Positions 1-8,348 are shown, counted from the first letter of the stretch. The stretch: 10,943 nucleotides of DNA from Chthoniobacteraceae bacterium (GCA_040081625.1 JBEBGD010000146.1:1-10943), one strand, 5' to 3'. The notes: generated from the sequence alone by a model not told the origin. A program made the numbers and translations.

Positions 1-1
1 G

Positions 2-592
2 GAGCCCGTGCGGCCTGACGAAACTCTCGACGAAGGCGACGTGCAGTGGATCGCGCAGCAGTTCGGCGCGCCGAGCTGCCTCTTCCACGAGATCACGTGC
101 GACAGGGAAGGGCGGGTGTGGGCGAGCGGGATGTTCAAGGGCACGGTGACTACCGGCGGCGAGACCTTCACGACGACCGGGGAGAAGGATGCTGATGCGT
201 TGCTTTGCCATTTCAGCACCGACGGCAAACTGCTCTGGAGCCGCGTGGGGCAGGGGCCCGCGGTCGATTACGGCCTCGGGATCGCGACCGATGGAAAGGG
301 GAACAGTTTCCTCACCGGCGAGTTTTCGGCGGACTTCAAGCTCGGCGGCGCGGAACTGCGCAGCCGCGGCGGCACTGATGTGTATGTCGCGAAGTTCGAC
401 GCAAGCGGCGCGCTTCGCTGGCTCGCGCACGGCGGCGGGGAGAAGGGCGACAACGCCTACACGATGGTCTGCGACGCGCAGGGGAATCTCTACCTCGGCG
501 GCTCGTTCGGCGGTGCCGCGAAGTTCGACGATGCGAGCATCACCAGCGCAGGCAGCAACGACCTGTATGGCGCGAAGCTGAAGGCAAAATGA
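2..592 (+). CDS. Beta-propeller repeat protein (SBBP-like), C-terminal part; 5' end lies outside the window
   Basis: The frame is open from position 2. Blade-like repeats EITCDREGRVWASGMF / GIATDGKGNSFLTGEF / TMVCDAQGNLYLGGSF are each followed by D-x-(L/Y)-x-x-(H/K)-(F/L) motifs (DALLCHF, DVYVAKF, DLYGAKL). The stop overlaps the next start (ATGA, 589-592). Confidence 0.8.
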   Translation, partial: EPVRPDETLDEGDVQWIAQQFGAPSCLFHEITCDREGRVWASGMFKGTVTTGGETFTTTGEKDADALLCHFSTDGKLLWSRVGQGPAVDYGLGIATDGKGNSFLTGEFSADFKLGGAELRSRGGTDVYVAKFDASGALRWLAHGGGEKGDNAYTMVCDAQGNLYLGGSFGGAAKFDDASITSAGSNDLYGAKLKAK

Positions 593-3048
593 ACGCGCGC
601 GTTTTCACCGCACTGCTGCTGCTCGCAGGTGTCGCGCGCGCGGAGCCGGATTACGCGAAGGAGATCAAGCCGCTGCTCAAGGCCCGCTGCTACGCGTGCC
701 ACGGCGCGCTCAAGCAGAAGTCCGGGCTTCGGCTCGACGCTGTCGCGCTGATGCGAAAAGGCGGCGATTCGGGAAACGTCATCGATCCGGCTTCCGCGAC
801 GATTCTCGAGCGAGTCACGGCGACCGATGAAGATGATCGGATGCCGCCGGAAGGCGCGGCCTTGAGCGCGGAGGAAGTCGCGAAACTCAAGGCGTGGATC
901 GCCGCCGGCGCGCCTGCGCCTGCGGACGAAAAGCCCGAGGAAGATCCGCGCAGCCACTGGGCCTACCAGGCGCCGAAAGCCGCGGCGGGCCAGCCATCGA
1001 TCGACGCGCTCATCGATGCACGGCTGCGCGAGCGCGGTTTGCAGCCGCAGCCCGAAGCCGCTCCCGAGGTGTGGCTCCGGCGCGTGTATCTCGATCTCAC
1101 CGGCCTGCCGCCAACGGCGGATGAGGTGAAGGCGTTTGTGGATGAGACGGATGGGTCCCATGGGGCATATGAGAAGCTCGTCGATCGCCTCCTTGCGTCG
1201 CCTGCTTACGGCGAGCGTTGGGGGCGGCACTTCATGGACATCTGGCGCTACTCGGATTGGTATGGCCTCAGCGAGCAGCTCCGCCGCAGCCAGAAACACA
1301 TCTGGCATTGGCGCGACTGGATCATCGAATCGCTCAACGCCGACAAAGGCTACGACCGCATGATCGTCGAGATGCTCGCCGCCGACGAGGCGGCGCCGGA
1401 GGATCGCGACGCGCTGCGCGCCACCGGATTCCTCGCGCGCAACTACTACATCTTCAACCGCACCACCTGGCTCGACGAGGTGATCGAGCACACCAGCCGC
1501 GCTTTCCTCGGCGTGACGATGCAGTGCGTGAAGTGCCACGATCACAAATACGATCCGATCTCGCAGACCGACTACTACCGGATGCGCGCGATCTTCGAGC
1601 CGTATCACGTGCGACTCGATCCGTGGCCGGGCGAGGTAAATCTCGAGAAGAACGGACTGCCGCGCGTCTTCGACCTGCACCTCGAGAGGCCGACCTATCT
1701 TCATCGTCGTGGCGACGAGAAGAATGAAGACAAGTCGCACGCGATCCCGCCCGGAGTGCCGGACGTGCTGGCCTTCGCGCCGTTTCAACCGAAGCCCGTG
1801 GCGCTGCCCGCTGCAGCACGCCTGCCGGCGCTGCTCCCGTTCGTGCTCGACGATCAGTTGCGCGCCGCCGACGGCGAGGCCGCGCAGGCGCGCGTGCGCG
1901 CGGTCTTCGCCGCGGACCAGGCGCAGCTCGCGCAATCGGCATCGGACGATCTTCCCGCGCTCATCGCCAGTGCGGCGAAAGCGGACGCGGCCTTTCAACT
2001 CGCTCGCGCCGAGACCGAACTCGCAAAGGCTCGCGAAGGCGCGGCGAAAGCGCCGAAGGACAAGGCGGCGGACGCGGAGAAGAAGGTGAAGGCCGCCGAG
2101 CAGGGGCTCGCGACGGCGAAGAAGACGGCCGGGAATCCGGGCGACAAATACGGGCCGATTCGCGCGTCGCTGAAGGCGCAGGATGGTCCGGAGGACAAGG
2201 CCAACGCAGACTTCCAAACGTATCCCGCCACGAGCACGGGCCGCCGGCTCGCGCTTGCGCAATGGATCGCGAACGAACGCAATCCCCTGACCGCGCGCGT
2301 GCTGGTGAATCACGTGTGGACCCGCCACTTCGGCGCCTCGCTCGTTCCGGATGTCACCGACTTCGGCCTCCGTTGCACGCCGCCGCTGCACCGGGACGTG
2401 CTCGACACGCTGGCCGTCGATTTCGTGAAGCATGGCTGGAGTCTGAAGCATCTGCATCGCGTGATGGTCCTCTCGGATTTGTATCGCCGCACTTCCACGA
2501 ACGCGGGCGCGGCGGCGGCGACGGTCGCCGGCGATCCTGACAACACGTGCTACTGGCGCATGAATCCGCGCCGGCTCGAATCGCAAGCCGTGCATGATTC
2601 GATGCTCCACGCCGCGGGCCGGCTCGACCTCCGCCTCGGCGGACCGAGCGTCGATCCGCGCAAGGAGGAGTCGAGCCTGCGCCGCGCGCTCTACTTCACG
2701 CAGACCACGGACATCGAACACCGGTTCCTCGCCGCGTTCGACAACAGCAACGTGCTCGAATGTTACCTCCGGCAGGAGAGCATCGTGCCGCAGCAGGCGC
2801 TCGCGCTCGCGAACAGCAAGCTCACACGCGACTGCGCGGACGCGATCGCGAAGCGCGCGGAGCCGTTCGCGGACTCTGAATTCATCGAGCACGCGTTCCT
2901 TTCGCTGCTGAGCCGCGCGCCGACTTCCGACGAGCGCGCCGCCTGCATCGAGAGCCTCGACGAATTCAGGAAGCTCAACTCGACTCACGCGCGCACGCTT
3001 GTGGTGCAGGCGCTCATGAATCACAACGACTTCGTCACGCTCCGATGA
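589..3048 (+). CDS. Planctomycete cytochrome c domain + DUF1549 (PSCyt2) + DUF1553 (PSD1) protein, exported
   Basis: N-terminal signal peptide (MNARVFTALLLLAGVARA). First heme motif CYACHG..KQKSGLRLD followed by MPP..WI..GA. DUF1549 motifs HWAY, RRVYLDLTGLPPT, YGERWGRH and second CxxCH CVKCHDHKYDP. DUF1553 motifs RRLALAQWI..NPLTARVLVNHVW..HFG, WSLKHLHR and PQQALALAN, ending in DFVTLR. Confidence 0.95.
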   Translation: MNARVFTALLLLAGVARAEPDYAKEIKPLLKARCYACHGALKQKSGLRLDAVALMRKGGDSGNVIDPASATILERVTATDEDDRMPPEGAALSAEEVAKLKAWIAAGAPAPADEKPEEDPRSHWAYQAPKAAAGQPSIDALIDARLRERGLQPQPEAAPEVWLRRVYLDLTGLPPTADEVKAFVDETDGSHGAYEKLVDRLLASPAYGERWGRHFMDIWRYSDWYGLSEQLRRSQKHIWHWRDWIIESLNADKGYDRMIVEMLAADEAAPEDRDALRATGFLARNYYIFNRTTWLDEVIEHTSRAFLGVTMQCVKCHDHKYDPISQTDYYRMRAIFEPYHVRLDPWPGEVNLEKNGLPRVFDLHLERPTYLHRRGDEKNEDKSHAIPPGVPDVLAFAPFQPKPVALPAAARLPALLPFVLDDQLRAADGEAAQARVRAVFAADQAQLAQSASDDLPALIASAAKADAAFQLARAETELAKAREGAAKAPKDKAADAEKKVKAAEQGLATAKKTAGNPGDKYGPIRASLKAQDGPEDKANADFQTYPATSTGRRLALAQWIANERNPLTARVLVNHVWTRHFGASLVPDVTDFGLRCTPPLHRDVLDTLAVDFVKHGWSLKHLHRVMVLSDLYRRTSTNAGAAAATVAGDPDNTCYWRMNPRRLESQAVHDSMLHAAGRLDLRLGGPSVDPRKEESSLRRALYFTQTTDIEHRFLAAFDNSNVLECYLRQESIVPQQALALANSKLTRDCADAIAKRAEPFADSEFIEHAFLSLLSRAPTSDERAACIESLDEFRKLNSTHARTLVVQALMNHNDFVTLR

Positions 3049-4499
3049 CGCACGACTCATTCTCCCGGCAATTCATCGCGCGTCGCGGCTTTCTCGATCG
3101 CCTCGGCACCGGGCTCGCGGGCATCGCGTTGCAGGCGATGTTTGCGCGCGAAGGCCGCGCGTCGGAGTTCGAGTGGAAGCCGCCGACGGGTCTGCCGCTG
3201 TTTGCGCCGAAGGCGAAGCGCGTGATCTGGCTCTTCATGCGCGGCGGAGTGAGCCACATGGAGAGTTTCGATCCGAAGCCGATGCTCACGAAGTATGCGG
3301 GCAAGTCGATCGACGAGACGCCATACAAGAGCGTGCTCGCGCCGGGGAAGCTGGAGAATGTGCGCGTGGTCGTGGTCAACGACGCCAACGGCAAGCAGCG
3401 AAACGTGATCTTTCCGCTGCAGACCGGCTCGCAGCGTTACGGGCAGTGCGGCGTCGAGATCAGCGACTGGTTCCCGAACATCGGCGCGTGCGCGGACGAC
3501 ATCGCCTTCGTCCGCGGCATGTGGACGACGGACAACAATCACGGCGCGCAGGTGCAGTTTCACAGCGGGCGGCACATGCTCGACACGCGCGAGCCGACGC
3601 TCGGCGCGTGGGTGACGTATGGCCTGTCCTCGATGACGGACGATCTGCCGACTTTCGTGAACATGGGGCCGCGCTTCTTCGATGTGCGCGATGGCCACTA
3701 CCTCGGCCCGGCTTTCGACGCGGTGAATCTGCGCGTCGATCCGAAGAACCCGCTCGCCTTTGCGACGCCGGAGTTTTCGATCGGTCAGGCGGAGCAAGCC
3801 GCGCAGTTTGCGCTCGCGCATCGGCTCAATCGATTGACGGCGGACCAGTATCCCGGCGATCAAGCGCTGCTCGCCCGGATCAAGAGCTACCAGCTCGCCT
3901 ACAAGATGCAGTCTGCCGTGCCCGAGACGATGAACCTCGACTCCGAGAGCGCCGAAACCAAGCGCCTCTACGGGCTCGACGACAACGTGACCGAGCCTTT
4001 CGCGCGCCAACTCATCGTCGCGCGCCGTCTCGCCGAGCGCGGCGTGCGCTTCATCCAGATCGAGCACGGCGACGGCGCTGCGGGTGCGTGGGACTCGCAC
4101 TCGAAGCTCAAGGCCAATCACAGCAAACTCGCCGGCCAGGTGGACAAGCCGATCGCCGGGCTGCTCGCCGATCTCAAGCAGCGCGGCTTGCTCGAAGACA
4201 CGATCGTTCTGTTCGCCACGGAGTTCGGTCGCACGCCGGGAACGCAAGGCACCGACGGTCGCGACCATCATCCCTTCGGCTTCGGCGTGTGGATGGCGGG
4301 CGGCGGCATCAAGGGCGGCACGATCCACGGCGCGACCGATGAACTCGGCTTCCACGCCGTCGAGCATCCGCATTACGTCACCGACGTGCATGCGACGATC
4401 CTGCATCAGCTCGGCCTCGACTCGCGCCGACTCGAGGTGCCCGGCCGCAAACGGCTCGAACGCGACCACGGCAGCGTGATCCGGGAGGTCCTCGCGTAA
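3045..4499 (+). CDS. DUF1501 domain protein (sulfatase/alkaline-phosphatase-like fold) with twin-arginine N-terminus
   Basis: RRGFL followed by a hydrophobic stretch. Family motifs KAKRVIWLFMRGGVSHMESFDPKP, LGAWVTYGL, ARRLAERGVRF, WDSH, DLKQRGLL, EFGRTP, GRDHHP and HATILHQLG. Canonical position downstream of the DUF1549/1553 gene with an ATGA overlap (3045-3048). Confidence 0.95.
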   Translation: MTHDSFSRQFIARRGFLDRLGTGLAGIALQAMFAREGRASEFEWKPPTGLPLFAPKAKRVIWLFMRGGVSHMESFDPKPMLTKYAGKSIDETPYKSVLAPGKLENVRVVVVNDANGKQRNVIFPLQTGSQRYGQCGVEISDWFPNIGACADDIAFVRGMWTTDNNHGAQVQFHSGRHMLDTREPTLGAWVTYGLSSMTDDLPTFVNMGPRFFDVRDGHYLGPAFDAVNLRVDPKNPLAFATPEFSIGQAEQAAQFALAHRLNRLTADQYPGDQALLARIKSYQLAYKMQSAVPETMNLDSESAETKRLYGLDDNVTEPFARQLIVARRLAERGVRFIQIEHGDGAAGAWDSHSKLKANHSKLAGQVDKPIAGLLADLKQRGLLEDTIVLFATEFGRTPGTQGTDGRDHHPFGFGVWMAGGGIKGGTIHGATDELGFHAVEHPHYVTDVHATILHQLGLDSRRLEVPGRKRLERDHGSVIREVLA

Positions 4500-4557
4500 T
4501 CGCATCCGCGGCGAACTTTCCTCGAAGATGCCGGCGAGCCGCGGGTCATGCTTGCCC

Positions 4558-5562
4558 ATGAAAACTCTGTTCCTCCTCCCGCTGCTCGCCCTCGCGCTCG
4601 TCGCCGACGCGCAGGACGCTAAGCCACTTCGCGCCGGCATCATCGGCCTCGACACGTCACACGTCATCGCCTTCACGCAGACGCTGAACAAGGGCCCGAA
4701 GAAGCCGGAGGATGCGGCGAAGGTCGCGGGCGTGAAGGTCGTCGCGGCATATCCGCAGGGCAGCAAGGACATCGAGAGCAGCACCAAGCGCGTGCCGGAC
4801 TACACCGAGAAGATGAAAGCGCTCGGCGTCGAGATCGTGGACTCGATCGACGAACTCGTGAAGCGCGTCGATGTCGTTTTTCTCGAGTCGAATGATGGGC
4901 GCGTTCACTACGAGCAGATCAAGCCCGTGCTCAAGGCCGGCAAGCCCGTCTTCATCGACAAGCCGATCGCCGGTTCGCTCGCGGACACGATCCGCATCCT
5001 CGACGCGGCGAAGAAGGCGAACGTGCCGATGTTTTGCTCGTCGTCGCTGCGCTTCGGCAAGACCACGCAGGCCGTGCGTGAAGGATCGATCGGAAAAGTG
5101 AAGAGCGCGGAAACCTTCAGCCCGATGAGCATCGAGCCCACGCACCCGGACCTCTACTGGTATGGTGTGCATGGGTGTGAGGCGCTTTTCACCGTGATGG
5201 GGACCGGCTGCAAATCGGTGAAGCGTGGCACGACGCCGGACGGCAAAGTGGAAGTCGTCGGCACGTGGGAAGGCGGGCGCACCGGCATTTTCCGGCAGGA
5301 GAATGGACAGGATCGCAAGGGCTATGGCGGCAAGGCAGTCGGCGAAAAGGGAGAAGCCGCCATCGGCACGTCCGACGGCTACGACCCGCTGCTGTTCGCG
5401 GTGGTGAAGATGTTTCGCACCGGCGTCGCGCCCGTGAGCGCGGAGGAGACGCTCGAACTCTACGCCTTCATGGAAGCCGCCGACGAGAGCAAGCGCCGCA
5501 ACGGCGCGGAGGTCGCGCTTGCGGAGGTGATCGCCAAGGCGCGCGCCGATGCGGCTCGCTGA
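4558..5562 (+). CDS. Gfo/Idh/MocA-family oxidoreductase (GLDTSH subtype) with Sec-type signal peptide
   Basis: Rossmann start LRAGIIGLDTSH, GKPVFIDKP (EKP-like motif), SSSLRF and putative catalytic WYGVH. The ATG at 4558 gives a clean signal peptide MKTLFLLPLLALALVADA|QD, so it is preferred over the ORF-track start at 4528. Confidence 0.9.
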   Translation: MKTLFLLPLLALALVADAQDAKPLRAGIIGLDTSHVIAFTQTLNKGPKKPEDAAKVAGVKVVAAYPQGSKDIESSTKRVPDYTEKMKALGVEIVDSIDELVKRVDVVFLESNDGRVHYEQIKPVLKAGKPVFIDKPIAGSLADTIRILDAAKKANVPMFCSSSLRFGKTTQAVREGSIGKVKSAETFSPMSIEPTHPDLYWYGVHGCEALFTVMGTGCKSVKRGTTPDGKVEVVGTWEGGRTGIFRQENGQDRKGYGGKAVGEKGEAAIGTSDGYDPLLFAVVKMFRTGVAPVSAEETLELYAFMEAADESKRRNGAEVALAEVIAKARADAAR

Positions 5563-6307
5563 TCTCACGTCGCCCGAGGTCGCCGCGCTGAGCCGCGACA
5601 CTCCCGTCATCATCCCCGTCGCCGCGCTCGAGCAGCACGGGCGGCACATGCCGCTCTTTACCGACTCGCTGCTCATGGGCGAGATCGCGCGCCGCGCGGA
5701 GGAAGTGCTCGGACCGCGCGCGATCTTCGCTCCGCTCCAGTGGCTCGGGAACTCGCATCACCACATGGACTTCCCCGGCACGCTTTCGGCGGAGCCGCGT
5801 GTCTATCTCGACCTGCTTCGCGGCCTGCTGGAAAACTTCGTCGCCCACGGATTCAAACGCCTGTTCATCCTCAATGGCCACGGCGGAAACGATGTGCCGG
5901 GCAGGCAGGCCGTCTTCGAGGTGCGGCAGCGGCACCGCGACCGGCGCGATTTGCTGCTGCTCTTCGCGACCTACTGGCACCTCGGCACGCAGCCGCACGA
6001 GGAGAATCCTGCGCTCAAGCAGAAGGTCATGGGTCACGCGTGCGAGTGGGAGACCTCGATGGTCCTGCACCTCGCGCCGCATCTCGTGAAGGATCACCTC
6101 AGCGCCCCCGCTGTCCCTTTCGGCGACGCCTTCGAGCCCGCCGCGCGCGGCTGGACGATGCCCGACCGCTCCGAGCCCGGCCACGTCGGCGAACCGCGCG
6201 AAGCCAGTGCGGAGAAAGGCGCGGCGCTCTTTGGCATGTTCACGCGCGACGCTGTCGCGATGATCGAGCGCATGATCGCGTGGGATGGCGCGAGTTGGGA
6301 GGGATGA
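5549..6307 (+). CDS. Creatininase-family amidohydrolase
   Basis: Metal-binding motifs EQHGRHMPLFTD, S.HHMDFPGTLS, NGHGGN and HACEWETS. Overlaps the upstream gene by 14 nt. Confidence 0.92.
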   Translation: MRLADLTSPEVAALSRDTPVIIPVAALEQHGRHMPLFTDSLLMGEIARRAEEVLGPRAIFAPLQWLGNSHHHMDFPGTLSAEPRVYLDLLRGLLENFVAHGFKRLFILNGHGGNDVPGRQAVFEVRQRHRDRRDLLLLFATYWHLGTQPHEENPALKQKVMGHACEWETSMVLHLAPHLVKDHLSAPAVPFGDAFEPAARGWTMPDRSEPGHVGEPREASAEKGAALFGMFTRDAVAMIERMIAWDGASWEG

Positions 6308-6384
6308 GCGCAGGGCCACGCGCGTTTCCAACTCGCCTTCGAAAAGGTCACGCATCGCGATAAGAGCCGCGACTTCCAGCCGTC

Positions 6385-7539
6385 ATGAATCCAGCCGCAC
6401 GCAAAGTCCAATCGCCGGCATTAACCCGAATCCGAAACGCGGTCTTCGGCGGTTCCCCACGGCATCTGCTGTCGATCGGGATACTGGCCGCGGGAGGGCT
6501 CGTTTGCAGTGGGGAGCCCGCGACGGGCGCGGACCAGCCAGCGGTCGGCAAGACCATGCGGGTGGACTTGGGTGGCGGCGCGACGATCGAGTTGGTGGGC
6601 ATCCCGCCGGGCGAATTCATGGAGGGCAGCACGCCCGCCGAGCGCGCCTGGGCCACGGGCATCGAAGGTGGAGCGACGCCGGGGACGGTGCGCGAGTCAT
6701 ACGAAGGCGAAGCGCGCTTGATGCGAGTGAAAGTCGGTTTCTGGATGGGGCGCACTGAAGTCAGCGTCGGGCAGTTTCGGCGCTTCGTGGAGGATACCGG
6801 GTATGTGAGCGACGCGGAAAAGCCGGGAGGTCACACGCAGGTTTTTGATCCGGAATGGAGCGGCTACCGCCTGACAACGAAGGTGGTGCATCCGTGGAAA
6901 CCGATGGCGGGCAAGGGCTGGCGCGATCCGAACTTCGGCTTTCCGGTGAGAGACAACCATCCGGTCGTCTGTGTGAGCTGGAATGACGCCCGGGCTTTTG
7001 GCGACTGGCTGACGAAGAAAGAACGCGCAGCCGGCCGGTTGCCGGAGGGTTTGGAATATCGGCTGCCCACGGAAGCCGAGTGGGCTTACGCCTGCCGGGG
7101 CGGCAACAAGACGAGCACCTACTTCTGGTGGGGCAATGAACTCAGCGACGGCGAAGGCAGGCTCAACATCTCGGCCGTCGATTTTCTGCCGGGCCGGAAC
7201 AGGATCTGGCCGCTCGCGAACGCGCCGTGGAGCGACGGTTTTGCCTTTGTATCACCGGTTGATCATTACGGAGCAAAAGGCCGGAACGGCTTCGGACTGG
7301 CGGACATGTGTGGCGGCGTTTGGGAGATCGTGCTGGATCACTTCGATCCGAAAGGCGCGCATGACGAAACGTTGTTTGCCGATGCGAATCCGCGCCCGGT
7401 CTGTCGGGGTGGGAACTACTTCGATGTGCCCGGCAATGCACGCTGTGCCGTTCGCCTCGGCCTCCAGGGACCCAGTTATTCCGACTCCCGCGACGGCTTC
7501 CGGCTGTGTCTGGGAACGCCTCGCGGCGGCAAGCCGTGA
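6385..7539 (+). CDS. Formylglycine-generating-enzyme (FGE/SUMF1)-fold domain protein; start codon uncertain
   Basis: IPPGEFMEGS, FWMGRTEVSVGQFRRFV, HPVVCVSWNDA..F..WL, YRLPTEAEWAYACRGG, NGFGLADMCGGVWE, RGG and terminal GFR. Hydrophobic N-terminal stretch LLSIGILAAGGLV. An alternative ATG lies at about 6556. Confidence 0.9.
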   Translation: MNPAARKVQSPALTRIRNAVFGGSPRHLLSIGILAAGGLVCSGEPATGADQPAVGKTMRVDLGGGATIELVGIPPGEFMEGSTPAERAWATGIEGGATPGTVRESYEGEARLMRVKVGFWMGRTEVSVGQFRRFVEDTGYVSDAEKPGGHTQVFDPEWSGYRLTTKVVHPWKPMAGKGWRDPNFGFPVRDNHPVVCVSWNDARAFGDWLTKKERAAGRLPEGLEYRLPTEAEWAYACRGGNKTSTYFWWGNELSDGEGRLNISAVDFLPGRNRIWPLANAPWSDGFAFVSPVDHYGAKGRNGFGLADMCGGVWEIVLDHFDPKGAHDETLFADANPRPVCRGGNYFDVPGNARCAVRLGLQGPSYSDSRDGFRLCLGTPRGGKP

Positions 7540-7598
7540 ACCGACTCGCCATGATCGTGCCCTCCATGATTTCGTCGTAGCCTCCATCCCTCACCACC

Positions 7599-8339
7599 AT
7601 GAACCAAATCGACCTCAACAACCGAAACGCCATCGTCACCGGAGGCGCGCGCGGCATCGGCCGCGCCATCGCCGAACGCCTGCTCGCCTCCGGCGCTCGG
7701 GTCTCGCTCTGGGATGTGGACGCCGCCGCGCTCGCGCAGGCCGCAGCGGAAATGGAAGTCCATACCGCCATCGTCGATCTCGCCGACTTTGCGTCGGTCC
7801 AGTCTGCCACCGCGGCGACGGTGGCGGCATTCGGGAAGCTCGACATCCTCGTGAACAACGCGGGCATCACCGGCGGCAACGCGAAGACGTGGGAACTCGA
7901 TCCCGCCGACTGGCGGCGCGTGATGGACATCAACCTCCACGGCCCGTTCTACTGCTGCCACAGCGTCGTCCCGCACCTGCTGCGGAACGGCTACGGACGC
8001 ATCGTGAACATCGCCTCCATCGCGGGCAAGGAAGGCAATCCGAACGCCGCGCATTACAGCGCTTCGAAGGCTGGCGTCATCGCGCTCACCAAGTCGCTCG
8101 GCAAGGAACTCGCGACGTCGAGCATCACGGTGAACGCCGTCGCACCCGCAGTGATCGCGACGGACATCCTCCAGCAGATGACGCAAGCGCACATCGACTA
8201 CATGCTCTCGAAGATCCCGATGGGCCGCTTCGGCAAGAAGGAGGAAGCCGCCGCGCTCGTCGCGTGGCTTTGTTCGGAGGATTGCTCCTTCAGCACCGGC
8301 GCCGTCTTCGATCTCTCCGGCGGACGCGCCACTTACTAG
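7599..8339 (+). CDS. NAD-dependent short-chain dehydrogenase, similar to 2-dehydro-3-deoxy-L-rhamnonate dehydrogenase (LRA5-like)
   Basis: TGGARGIG, acidic residue at the end of beta2 (LWD, NAD preference), NNAG and catalytic YSASK. The segments GYGRIVNIASIAGKEGNPNA..YSASKAGVI..TKSLGKELA, DYMLSKIPMGR and CSFSTGAVFDLSGGRATY closely match my recollection of Sphingomonas LRA5. The SDR call is firm; the substrate is inferred. Confidence 0.88.
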   Translation: MNQIDLNNRNAIVTGGARGIGRAIAERLLASGARVSLWDVDAAALAQAAAEMEVHTAIVDLADFASVQSATAATVAAFGKLDILVNNAGITGGNAKTWELDPADWRRVMDINLHGPFYCCHSVVPHLLRNGYGRIVNIASIAGKEGNPNAAHYSASKAGVIALTKSLGKELATSSITVNAVAPAVIATDILQQMTQAHIDYMLSKIPMGRFGKKEEAAALVAWLCSEDCSFSTGAVFDLSGGRATY

Positions 8340-8348
8340 GCCCCACGC

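Noticed and set aside
4528..4557. ORF-track start at 4528 for the Gfo/Idh/MocA gene
   Set aside because: The ATG at 4558 yields a canonical signal peptide; the extra 10 residues look non-coding.
490..4787. Long minus-strand ORFs (490-3060, 856 aa; 3057-4787, 576 aa)
   Set aside because: Antisense shadows of well-supported + strand genes. Arg-rich and without motifs, as expected in high-GC coding DNA where stops are rare.
5549..6307. Mycofactocin peptidase MftE or a RiPP system
   Set aside because: Same fold, but there is no precursor peptide, radical SAM enzyme or RRE/MftB gene in the window.
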